A DNA stretch of 32,000 bases, taken from Aeropyrum pernix K1. Its GTDB lineage: Archaea > Thermoproteota > Thermoprotei_A > Sulfolobales > Acidilobaceae. The translations under genes and the position numbers were made by a program. The stretch spans positions 1,020,001-1,052,000 of the forward strand of contig NC_000854.2 in the NCBI RefSeq assembly GCF_000011125.1, written 5' to 3'. Shown here piece by piece: positions 6,909-15,050 of this stretch; the stretch's first letter is position 1, and every line of letters starts with the position of its first letter. A model generated the notes under the pieces. The model worked only from the letters and a program-made list of their open reading frames with translations, did not search any database and was not told the origin of the DNA.

Positions 6909-9620
6909 TCAGTTGCCTCTACCATGCTCTCTGATAAGCTTCCTCAGGACGTACTGGAGTATGCCGCCGTGTTTGTAGTACTCTACCTCTATGGGCGTGT
7001 CCAGCCTTGCCTTGACCTTAAACTCTATCACTCTTCCGTCGCTCTTCCTAGCCCTCACCGTCAGTATCTTCCCGGGGCTGAGGCCCTCCTCGATACCTAT
7101 TATATCGTACTCTTCACTACCGTCCAGCCCTAGCTTCTCTGCGTTCTCTCCGGGCATGAACTCTAGCGGTAGCACGCCCATGCCGACTAGATTGCTCCTG
7201 TGTATCCTCTCGTAGCTCTCGGCTATAACCGCCTTCACGCCGAGCAGGGCAGGCCCTTTCGCCGCCCAGTCCCTGCTGGAGCCCACGCCGTACTGCTTGC
7301 CGGCAAGCACTATGAGCGGTACGCCCATCTCTCTATACTTCATGGCGGCGTCGAACACGTGCATTACCTCCCCGGTGGGCCAGAATATTGTCCAGCCTCC
7401 CTCCCTGTCTGGCACCAGCTTGTTCCTGAATCTGGGGTTGTCGAAGGTGCACCTCATCATGACCTCGTGGTTGCCTCTTCTAGAGCCGCAGGTGTTTAGC
7501 TGTGAGGGTGGGACCCCCTGCTCTATCAGGTACTGGCCCGCCTTCGAGTCCGGGCTTATCCTTCCGGCCGGGCTTATATGGTCGGTGCTTGTCCTGTCAG
7601 GCGCCCAGACTAGAACCCTAGCACCCCTTATGTCCCTCGGAGGCTGCGGCTCTAGGGGCATGTTGTCGAAGTATGGGGGCTTTCTTATGTACGTGCTCTT
7701 CGGGTCCCAGCTGTAAAGCTCGCCCTCAGGGGCCTTCAGCTCCTCCCAGAACTTGTCCCCCTTGTCTATATCTTTATACTTCTCCACGAAAAGCTGTGGG
7801 TCTAGAGCCTTCTCTATTGCCTCCCTCACCTCCCGCTGGCTAGGCCATAGGTCTCTGAGGTATACAGGGTTGCCGTTGGGGTCGTAGCCCACAGGCTCCT
7901 TCTCGAAGTCTATATCCACCCTGCCAGCCAGGGCATAGGCCACAACCAGCGGTGGGCTAGCCAGGAAGTTGCCCCTGGCCAGCGGGTGTATCCTGCCAGA
8001 GAAGTTTCTGTTGCCGCTGAGCACCGTTGCAACCCAGAGGTCATGCTCTCTTATGGCCTCCTCAATCTCGGGCCTCAAGGGTCCGCTGTTTCCTATGCAG
8101 ACTGTGCAGCCGTAGCCTGTTATATGGAACCCCAGGGCCTCTAGGTATGGCATTAGGCCGAGCCGGTTCCAGTACTCAGGCACAACCCTGCTACCAGGGG
8201 CGTTGCTGGTCTTAACCCACGGCCGAGTTCTGAGTCCCTTCTTGACAGCATTCCTGGCCAGGAGGGCTGCCGCTATCATGACGCTGGGGTTGCTGGTGTT
8301 GGTACAGCTAGTTAGAGCGGCGTAGACGACGCTGCCGTCCGTCAGATGGACCTCCTCGTCACCGAGCTTGAGCTCCACTATAGCGGGTCCCCTGCCCTTC
8401 TTCTCCAGATACTCCATTATAATCTTCCTTACACGCTCCTTAGCCTCCCTCAGGGGTATCCTGTCCTCTGGATGGCTTGGGCCGCTTATGCTCGGCTCCA
8501 CGTCGGACAGGTCTATCTCTACAACATCGCTATACCTGGGCTCCGGATCCTCGAGGCTATACCAAAGCCCCGTCTCCTTGGTATACCTCTCGACAAGTTG
8601 GACCAGCCACTCTGGCCTCCCAGTACCCCTGAGATACTCTAGAGTTGCCTCGTCTACAGGGAAGAAGCCCATGGTGGCGCCGTACTCGGGGGCCATGTTG
8701 GCTATGGTGGCCCTGTCGGGCACGCTTAGCTTCTTCACACCCTCCCCGAAGTACTCCACGAACTTGCCGACCACATTCTTCTTCCTCAGCTTCTCCGTAA
8801 TGTAGAGAACAAGGTCCGTGGTGGTCACGCCCTCCCTCAGCTCGCCCACCAGCCTCACTCCTACGACCTCGGGGAGGAGCATGTAGTATGGCTGCCCGAG
8901 TATAACAGCCTCAGCCTCTATACCACCCACACCCCAGCCGAAGACTCCCAGACCGTTTATCATAGTGGTGTGGCTATCAGTCCCCAACAGGCTGTCTGGG
9001 TGTGCGTAGAGGGTCCCGTTCCTCCTGGAAAGCCACACGACCCTCGCAAGATACTCCAGGTTGACCTGATGTATAATCCCCTTTCCGGGCGGGACAACCC
9101 TGAAGTTCGAGAAGGCCTTCTGAGCCCACTTCAGCAGCTGATACCTCTCCCTGTTTCTTTCATACTCCCTCTTCAAGTTGAGCCTGAACGCCTCGGCGGT
9201 GCCATAGTAGTCCACCTGTATGCTGTGGTCGATGATCAGGTCGACGGGTATCAGGGGGTTGACCTTGGACGGGTCGCCTCCGAACTGCTTCATAGCATCC
9301 CTCATAGCCGCTAAGTCGACCACAGCTGGAACTCCCGTGAAGTCCTGCATTACAACCCTCACGGGGTGGAACGGCACGTCCTTACGCCCGGCGTACTCGC
9401 TCCACCTCGCTACAGCCTCCACATCCTCATCTCTAACCACGAAGCCGTCGTAGTGCCTGACAACATTCTCTAGGAGAACCCTGATGGAGTAGGGTAGCGA
9501 GTTGAAGTCTGAGGGTATCACGCGGTCAATCTTGTTTATCAACAGTATCCTAGCCCTGCCCTCAGGAGTCTCCAGCTCAGCCTCGATAGGCTTGAAATCG
9601 AAGCCTCCACCACTAGCCAA
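6909..9620 (-). CDS. acnA: Aconitate hydratase (AcnA/IRP type)
   Basis: 903 aa with hallmark motifs GTDSHTTMINGLG, TSCTNTSNPSVM, YGCTVCIGNSGPL (Fe-S cysteines) and LSGNRNFSGRIHP. TTG start at 9620, with a minus-strand TATA-like AGATATAGAA about 35 nt upstream. Confidence 0.95.
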   Translation of the reverse strand: MASGGGFDFKPIEAELETPEGRARILLINKIDRVIPSDFNSLPYSIRVLLENVVRHYDGFVVRDEDVEAVARWSEYAGRKDVPFHPVRVVMQDFTGVPAVVDLAAMRDAMKQFGGDPSKVNPLIPVDLIIDHSIQVDYYGTAEAFRLNLKREYERNRERYQLLKWAQKAFSNFRVVPPGKGIIHQVNLEYLARVVWLSRRNGTLYAHPDSLLGTDSHTTMINGLGVFGWGVGGIEAEAVILGQPYYMLLPEVVGVRLVGELREGVTTTDLVLYITEKLRKKNVVGKFVEYFGEGVKKLSVPDRATIANMAPEYGATMGFFPVDEATLEYLRGTGRPEWLVQLVERYTKETGLWYSLEDPEPRYSDVVEIDLSDVEPSISGPSHPEDRIPLREAKERVRKIIMEYLEKKGRGPAIVELKLGDEEVHLTDGSVVYAALTSCTNTSNPSVMIAAALLARNAVKKGLRTRPWVKTSNAPGSRVVPEYWNRLGLMPYLEALGFHITGYGCTVCIGNSGPLRPEIEEAIREHDLWVATVLSGNRNFSGRIHPLARGNFLASPPLVVAYALAGRVDIDFEKEPVGYDPNGNPVYLRDLWPSQREVREAIEKALDPQLFVEKYKDIDKGDKFWEELKAPEGELYSWDPKSTYIRKPPYFDNMPLEPQPPRDIRGARVLVWAPDRTSTDHISPAGRISPDSKAGQYLIEQGVPPSQLNTCGSRRGNHEVMMRCTFDNPRFRNKLVPDREGGWTIFWPTGEVMHVFDAAMKYREMGVPLIVLAGKQYGVGSSRDWAAKGPALLGVKAVIAESYERIHRSNLVGMGVLPLEFMPGENAEKLGLDGSEEYDIIGIEEGLSPGKILTVRARKSDGRVIEFKVKARLDTPIEVEYYKHGGILQYVLRKLIREHGRGN

Positions 9621-9675
9621 TTCGCTTCAGCACCCCCTACCTAATCCTCATTCTATATCTGGAAGAGTATTAGCC

Positions 9676-10845
9676 TTACACTCCAGGGAGTCTGCCGGAA
9701 GCTAGGCGCTTGTATGCGGAGGCGGATGAATGGTAGAGCACCTTCACTAGCGACAGGGGGGCCTCTAAACCACCGCCCCTCAGGGCTGCAGCAGCCAGCC
9801 TTTGAGAGGATAAGGCTCCCACCTGCGAAAGGGTGGATATAACGAGCTGGTGGTGAGTGTCGTAGTCTAGCCTAAGCCTTAGAGGGGCGCCTCCTACAGC
9901 CCGTGAGATGGTCTCCAGAACCCTCGTCCCATAGACTAGCCGTGCTACGGCGTGCTGGGCGCGGAGTTCATGTGACACTATCGAGAGCGACTTCTCCAAG
10001 GCTTCACCCACGTCTAATCCACGCTTTATGAGGCTTGCAGCTAGTTTCGCAGCTTTTGCGTTAGGGTAGAGTCCACCGCCGCTCAGCGGCTTTACCAGCC
10101 CACCAGCATCGCCGACCACATAGACCCTCCCCCTCCGCAGCCGCTCAGCGGGCGGGCCAGCGGGTATTCTGCCTCCATAGACCTTGAATGCCCTGGGCTT
10201 CAAAACTTCGAAGAATCTCTTGACGCCTGCTAGGGTTCCCATTGCTCCAGCTACGGAAACGCTTCCCACAGTGGGCACGTCCCAGGTGAAAGCTAATCCT
10301 CTATCGAGGATGAAGTCGACCAGTATTGTGCTTTCCCTCTTTCCAGGCACAAGTATGTTGAGCCCGTAGTAGTAGTCTCCCCTGTAGCCGAGGTCGAGCA
10401 TCCTATGAAGCTCACCGTGAGCACCATCGGCAAGTATAACCGCGTCGTATCGGGCCTCCGAGCCTCCAGCCTTGACAGACCCCTCTATGCCGACGCTGTG
10501 AACTCTCTTGCCGAGTTGAGCCCTCCCCCCCAGAGACATCAGTGACTCCAGGAGTAGTTCTTCAAGCCTAACCCTGTCGAGCCTGTAAACAGTACCTACG
10601 TCAAGAACCGCAAGAGTCTCTCCCCGAAAACGGATCTCCAGGCTGTCATAAGAGTCTATTATGGTCTCGCGAGCCTCCCTACCAATGGTGTTAACAGTCC
10701 TTTCTGAAACTATGCCTGTACAATGCTCAGGCATGCCAACCCTTCCATGCTCCTCATAAAGATCCACTCTCAGCCCTGTCGAAGCCATCTCCCTCGCGAA
10801 TATCAGCCCTGCGAAACCTCCCCCTACAACAGCTACCCTAACCAA
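9676..10845 (-). CDS. FAD-dependent oxidoreductase, geranylgeranyl reductase family
   Basis: The N-terminal Rossmann motif is VAVVGGGFAG...DLYEE. A conserved Cys region reads PEHCTGIVS. The C-terminal flavin motif is VYVVGDAGGLVKPLSGGGLYPNAKAA. Length (389 aa) fits the family. The substrate (archaeal lipid, quinone or other) cannot be read from the sequence. Confidence 0.75.
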   Translation of the reverse strand: MVRVAVVGGGFAGLIFAREMASTGLRVDLYEEHGRVGMPEHCTGIVSERTVNTIGREARETIIDSYDSLEIRFRGETLAVLDVGTVYRLDRVRLEELLLESLMSLGGRAQLGKRVHSVGIEGSVKAGGSEARYDAVILADGAHGELHRMLDLGYRGDYYYGLNILVPGKRESTILVDFILDRGLAFTWDVPTVGSVSVAGAMGTLAGVKRFFEVLKPRAFKVYGGRIPAGPPAERLRRGRVYVVGDAGGLVKPLSGGGLYPNAKAAKLAASLIKRGLDVGEALEKSLSIVSHELRAQHAVARLVYGTRVLETISRAVGGAPLRLRLDYDTHHQLVISTLSQVGALSSQRLAAAALRGGGLEAPLSLVKVLYHSSASAYKRLASGRLPGV

Positions 10846-11071
10846 GGCAGGCCACTCCTTCTAAAATCCAGAAGACTATTATGGAGACGGTATAACCTGG
10901 GATTTAACCTTGTTCGTCCAGCCCATTATACTATACCAATATCAACAGTAAAGCATCAAGACTATAATGCGCCTTAGAAATAGCCAGGGGATTGTTTTGG
11001 GAACATGTTGTTCTAGAGCCAGTGTAAATGATATAAAAACCTACAACACTTTGCAATTTTAGGCTCCAGGA

Positions 11072-12718
11072 TTAGGGCGGGACGGGCCCTACAGGCACCA
11101 GCCCTCTAGCGAAGATTTCGTAAAGCGGGCCTATATAGCCTAGAATGGCCAGGGCTATAGTCACTACTATCCAGAACCTAACCTCCTCTAGAATGTACTT
11201 GCCGTTCTCTATCCTACCCGGCGTCGTCTCGTCGAAAGCTAGCACCCTCTCACCCTGGGGGACGCTAACCTTCTTCCCGAAGAGCAGGGTAGCAGCTATC
11301 AAGCCTACAAGAATCACGCCTGCAATCCAGAACACCATGCCGCCAATGGCGCCGAGCTGCAGCCAGGGGATCCACTCTGTTGGCGCCAGACCACCGTACA
11401 GCAGCTCCGAGGTCCTGCGAGGCGCCCCCATTACGCCCGCCACATAGTAGCCTATGCTAAAGAGGTACTGTCCCACAGTCCACATGTAGAATGCAGCCAC
11501 AGCCAACCATGGAGCAATCACCTCCCTCTTCATCATCTCCCTTGCCAGCAGGAGCATGGCGGCCATGAATGTGAGGGCTGACGCGCCCCCCACCGTAGTG
11601 TGGAAGTGGCCGACAATCCATGTGGTGTTATGAACAACCGTGTTCAGCTGGAAGCTAGCATTTATAATGCCCGTTATACCGCCGTTTGCGAAGAGTATTA
11701 TCGGGAGCATCAGCCCTGAGAAAGCTAGGCTACCCCAGGGGAGCTTGAAGACCCAGCCCACCAGGCCCCTGCCGCCTCTCATCCTGCCCGCTCTCTCGAG
11801 CGTCGCCAGTATGTTGAAGGCGGTTAGCATGCTGGGTGTGGCCACCACGAACGTGACCAGCGTGTGGACTAGCTTGAAGAACGGGCCTATACCTGGGTCG
11901 ACAAACTGGTGGTGGAGGCCTACGGGCGTGGAGGCTATCATGTACAGTATGTAAGCCACCTTAGCCATGGTCTCGCTGAATAGCGGCACACCCAGTATCC
12001 TGGGTATGGCGTAGTACCATAGTGCGACAGCCGGTAGTAGCCAGAAGTAGACGAGGGGGTGGCCGAACCACCAGAATAAAGTTCTAGCTAGGAGCACGTC
12101 GACCTCCATACCGAAGAGCGACATAGGGACTAGGAGCAGCAGGACCTCGAGAGCTACAGGAGGCGTTGCAACAAGCCATATAACCCAGGCGGTTAGGATG
12201 CCGTATGTTGCCACAGGAACTTTCAGATCGGGGTTCTCCCTCCTGAACTTTAGCACCAGGCGGAAGAGGTCGAACATGAACACCCAAGAGCCCACGATGA
12301 GGAGAGCAGCTCCTATGTAGAAGAGTGGGTTAGCCTTAAGGGGAGGGTAGAAGGTGTAGAGGACTTTAGCCTGCCCCGAGAGTATTGCTACCGCCGCTAG
12401 CACTGTGCCCAGGAGTGCCAGACCGAGGGAGAGGTTTAGAGCTAGCCTGCTGAAGTTGGTCTTCAGCTCCCTCGACACTATAAACGCCGAGATGCCCATT
12501 ATGAAGAATGTGGTAAACACGATGGCAAGAACCACGCCGTGCCCCGTCAGAGCAGTGTAGTAGGTCGAGTCGCTGACCGGGTCGGGAAAGTTCGGAGTCC
12601 TCTTGAACAGCTGGAGTATGCCGAAGAGACCCCCCAATGGGAGCATTAGGAAGGCTACAAGCATAGTTACCTTGGTAAACCTGTCTTCAGCACTGAAAGA
12701 GACCTTACCTCCAGACAT
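11072..12718 (-). CDS. Haem-copper oxidase subunit I, B family (ba3-type cytochrome oxidase)
   Basis: 548 aa and about 13 TM helices, colinear with my recollection of Thermus ba3 subunit I. Motifs:
- YYTALTGHGV (low-spin haem His)
- LFWWFGHPLVYFWLLP (CuB His and cross-linked Tyr)
- STPVGLHHQFVDPGI (two CuB His)
- VHNTTWIVGHFHTTV (haem a3 and haem b His)
- RGGRGLVGW
The Shine-Dalgarno-like GGGGTGAT lies 4 nt before the ATG. Confidence 0.92.
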   Translation of the reverse strand: MSGGKVSFSAEDRFTKVTMLVAFLMLPLGGLFGILQLFKRTPNFPDPVSDSTYYTALTGHGVVLAIVFTTFFIMGISAFIVSRELKTNFSRLALNLSLGLALLGTVLAAVAILSGQAKVLYTFYPPLKANPLFYIGAALLIVGSWVFMFDLFRLVLKFRRENPDLKVPVATYGILTAWVIWLVATPPVALEVLLLLVPMSLFGMEVDVLLARTLFWWFGHPLVYFWLLPAVALWYYAIPRILGVPLFSETMAKVAYILYMIASTPVGLHHQFVDPGIGPFFKLVHTLVTFVVATPSMLTAFNILATLERAGRMRGGRGLVGWVFKLPWGSLAFSGLMLPIILFANGGITGIINASFQLNTVVHNTTWIVGHFHTTVGGASALTFMAAMLLLAREMMKREVIAPWLAVAAFYMWTVGQYLFSIGYYVAGVMGAPRRTSELLYGGLAPTEWIPWLQLGAIGGMVFWIAGVILVGLIAATLLFGKKVSVPQGERVLAFDETTPGRIENGKYILEEVRFWIVVTIALAILGYIGPLYEIFARGLVPVGPVPP

Positions 12719-12781
12719 TAAATCACCCCAAGCTTCAGACTATTAGCCCCCCTTTCCTCCTAGAAGGAGATTCTTTTGATA

Positions 12782-12794
12782 GGATAAAATATAG
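12782..12794 (-). promoter_or_regulatory. TATA-like box for the oxidase subunit I gene
   Basis: The minus strand reads CTATATTTTATCC, about 65-75 nt upstream of ATG 12718. It predicts a 5' UTR of about 45 nt that ends in the GGGGTGAT ribosome-binding site. Confidence 0.45.
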
Positions 12795-12892
12795 GGTTGT
12801 AGGTAGTGGGGGTTCGAATTTGCAGTATAAAATAAATATTTATAATTTATAATATTACGCTAGAGGCGAGACCTGATGATTCTGTTAGAGCT

Positions 12893-13222
12893 TCAGCTAG
12901 CCTCTCCCTTCTTCAGCATCATATAGCCTCCTATTATAGCTAGTATTGAAAGCACGCAGGGGGCAAGCAGGCCCAGCACGCCTCCTGCTATAACGTATTG
13001 GCCGTTCTCCTCCCTTGCAAAGTATGCCGCGGCGACGCCGCCTATGATACCCACTACCCCTAGAAGCCTGACTATGCTGCCAGATATAATGGGTTCCTCG
13101 ATAACCCCAGCCGCCTCTAGTAGATGGCTTCCCAGGGGTACTGCTGTGGCAAGGCTTACAAGCCCTGCTATTATTGCGAAGATGCCACCTAGGTATGCCA
13201 GTATCTTGGGGGTCTCTGCCAT
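12893..13222 (-). CDS. Small hydrophobic membrane protein (about 3 TM helices), function unknown
   Basis: 109 aa, Gly/Ala/Ile-rich, with predicted helices ILAYLGGIFAIIAGLVSLATAV, LLGVVGIIGGVAAAYFA and VIAGGVLGLLAPCVLSILAIIGGYMML. The minus strand carries a TATA-like GATATAATATTATAATTTC and GGGTGG just upstream of the ATG. No CuA motif is present, so it is not oxidase subunit II. Confidence 0.55.
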   Translation of the reverse strand: MAETPKILAYLGGIFAIIAGLVSLATAVPLGSHLLEAAGVIEEPIISGSIVRLLGVVGIIGGVAAAYFAREENGQYVIAGGVLGLLAPCVLSILAIIGGYMMLKKGEAS

Positions 13223-13309
13223 AGTCCCACCCGAAATTATAATATTATATCGATTTTGAACCTATTAAAAATTCAATTATAGAAATGTTCTCCAAAATAT
13301 TTATGGACT

Positions 13310-14011
13310 TCATGGGAGAGGCCCGCCTAAAATTGCCGAAGCCCTCTTAACAGCTCGCTCCATCAGCTCGTCTCCAGATCCCTCCCACGCCAGTATAAAG
13401 TTCTCCAGATCCCTCCTAGCCTCGGCCACCAGCCTACTCTCATGCTCCCTGTCCAGGGGCTTCTCCGCCTGCAACTTTTCACCGCCCTCCATAAACCCCT
13501 CCGGGTAATACCAGGTTTTGAACCACCGGAACCCCCTTTTCCACAGCTCGAAGCCTAGCCTCGAAGCTGGAGCGGGGGCTCCGCGCTGGATCTGATAGAG
13601 CGTCTCACGATCCCACACGTACTCGACATAGAGGGGTTCCGCGGGGCCTAAAGCATCGGCGGCTAAGTCGAGAAGGGCAGCCTCCACGGGGGAGCCCGCG
13701 GTCGGCATGTCAGTCTCAACCGGTAGACTTGGTGACACGTTGAAAATCTCTATCCACGGCCTGTATACCCCACGGCCGCAAAACACCAGAGAGTTACAAA
13801 GCTCCACCAGCTTCTCTCCGGCCCTTTCGAGCCTAACGGCCAGAAAGAACTCGCCAGAAAACCTTCCCTGCGAGATAGACGCAGACAGCCTTACAGACCC
13901 TATCCCGGGACCCATATCCACGTTAACGCCCGAGGAGAGGGTTTTCAGGAGCTTGGTTATACCGGGAGAACACCAACTGGGAGCCGCAGGCTGCGGTGTG
14001 TCCTGACCCAT
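13310..14011 (-). CDS. Conserved-looking hypothetical protein
   Basis: 233 aa of ordinary soluble composition, with an aromatic-rich core (YVEYVWDRETLYQIQRG...LWKRGFRWFKTWYYPEGFMEGG). A minus-strand TATA-like GCTTTAAGGG lies about 40 nt upstream of the ATG. I cannot name the family with confidence. Confidence 0.55.
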   Translation of the reverse strand: MGQDTPQPAAPSWCSPGITKLLKTLSSGVNVDMGPGIGSVRLSASISQGRFSGEFFLAVRLERAGEKLVELCNSLVFCGRGVYRPWIEIFNVSPSLPVETDMPTAGSPVEAALLDLAADALGPAEPLYVEYVWDRETLYQIQRGAPAPASRLGFELWKRGFRWFKTWYYPEGFMEGGEKLQAEKPLDREHESRLVAEARRDLENFILAWEGSGDELMERAVKRASAILGGPLP

Positions 14012-14156
14012 AGAAGCTAACCCAGAATGGGTTCCAGTGGAATTCTAGCACCCTTAAAGCAGCATCTAAATCGTTGGGAAGAGGAAACGGATTTTGCTCC
14101 CAGACGTGGAAAATCCCTTGAGATTGTGCCGGATTAGTTACCGATCCTTGGATCCT

Positions 14157-14462
14157 CTAGTCGATTATTGTTATGTTCTCCTCGGGGAACCCCAGCTCGA
14201 CCAGTATCTTCTTAACCCTGTGTCTATGGTCGCCCTGAAGCTCTATACGCCCGTTCTTTGCTGTTCCTCCTGTGGCGAGCCTGCTCTTGAGAGTGGAAGC
14301 CAGTTTTTTCAGGTTGAACTCCTTCTCGTTAATTCCTTCTATGATGGTTACCTCCCTACCGAACCTTCTCTTCTCAAGCCTTATCTTTATTATCTGCTCT
14401 TCCACAGAAAGCTGCTCACAGATCTCCGGGGGCAGACCTCCACATAGTGACTCGTCCATCAT
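14157..14462 (-). CDS. Translation initiation factor aSUI1 (eIF1 homologue)
   Basis: 101 aa with the SUI1 core: [69 protein letters not shown]. Confidence 0.9.
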   Translation of the reverse strand: MMDESLCGGLPPEICEQLSVEEQIIKIRLEKRRFGREVTIIEGINEKEFNLKKLASTLKSRLATGGTAKNGRIELQGDHRHRVKKILVELGFPEENITIID

Positions 14463-14487
14463 GGCCTTGCTGACCCGCCTCCAATTG

Positions 14488-14499
14488 CGTTATATAGTG
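14488..14499 (-). promoter_or_regulatory. TATA box for aSUI1
   Basis: The minus strand reads CACTATATAACG, centred about 30 nt upstream of ATG 14462. This fits a near-leaderless transcript. Confidence 0.5.
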
Positions 14500-14571
14500 C
14501 TCACATAGAGGCTTAAAGCGTTTACTAGCACCTAGCAGCCTGGGAAAGCGGTTAGCGGCGGTATCCCGCGC

Positions 14572-14591
14572 CTTTTTAAGGCTTTAATAGG
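14572..14591 (+). promoter_or_regulatory. TATA box(es) for the rpoP-like gene
   Basis: The sequence is CTTTTTAAGGCTTTAATAGG. The TTTAATAG box is centred about 26 nt upstream of ATG 14612, which fits a leaderless mRNA starting at that ATG. Confidence 0.5.
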
Positions 14592-14611
14592 GCCTGGACT
14601 TCTAAAGCCTC

Positions 14612-14848
14612 ATGGGGTTGTGTGCGGTGGCAGAGGATATCTGGGGTATCGAGGAAGAGCTTGTTGAGGAGGAGCCGCGTAAGGGGCAGGTTGTCTACGT
14701 TTGTATACGCTGCGGAGCCCAGTACACTATAGACGAGCTAATTCAGGCGGGGCTAGGCTATGTCTGCCAGAGATGCAGCAGCAGAATCTTCATAAAGCCA
14801 CGGGGGTCCGGGGGAAGGGTTAAGCCTAAGAGAGTCTACGCAGTTTAA
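14612..14848 (+). CDS. rpoP: DNA-directed RNA polymerase subunit P (Rpo12/RPABC4-like zinc ribbon) with an acidic N-terminal extension
   Basis: The C-terminal 50 aa read VYVCIRCGAQYTIDELIQAGLGYVCQRCSSRIFIKPRGSGGRVKPKRVYAV. They match the CxxC...CxxC ribbon and the RI(L/F)xKxR tail of archaeal RpoP as I recall it. The only in-frame starts (ATG 14612, TTG 14618, GTG 14627) all lie at least 21 codons upstream of the ribbon. Confidence 0.65.
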   Translation: MGLCAVAEDIWGIEEELVEEEPRKGQVVYVCIRCGAQYTIDELIQAGLGYVCQRCSSRIFIKPRGSGGRVKPKRVYAV

Positions 14849-14964
14849 CATCCTCGGGAAACTCTTAAACATTTAATAAACTTTGAGCCTGTCCTCCTTG
14901 CATGCTATCCATCCGAACAGTTTCCATACAAAGTTTGGCTCTCAGTACTTACCGATAATAACAT

Positions 14965-14977
14965 CATTAATTTAAAG
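14965..14977 (+). promoter_or_regulatory. TATA-like box for the ABC transporter binding-protein gene
   Basis: CATTAATTTAAAG lies about 75-85 nt upstream of ATG 15051. The ribosome-binding site AGAGGTG (15036-15042) lies 8 nt before the ATG. Confidence 0.45.
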
Positions 14978-15050
14978 TTTCACCGGCAATCTAACGTAAC
15001 TTGAGCAATCCAACCCCCTTGTAGAGCAAGGCCCTAGAGGTGTACGTGTG

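Noticed and set aside
12801-12826. A tRNA T-arm-like string GGGGGTTCGAAT, possibly a tRNA remnant or att site
   Set aside because: The 3' half of the T stem and the acceptor strand are missing (TTGCAG follows). No anticodon or D arm can be folded upstream. It is most likely a chance match in a spacer.
12873-12905. A C-box-like CTGATGA that might mark a C/D box sRNA
   Set aside because: No correctly spaced D, C' or D' boxes lie on the same strand. The apparent boxes on the opposite strand are simply the last codons (YMMLKKGEAS) of the 109-aa gene.
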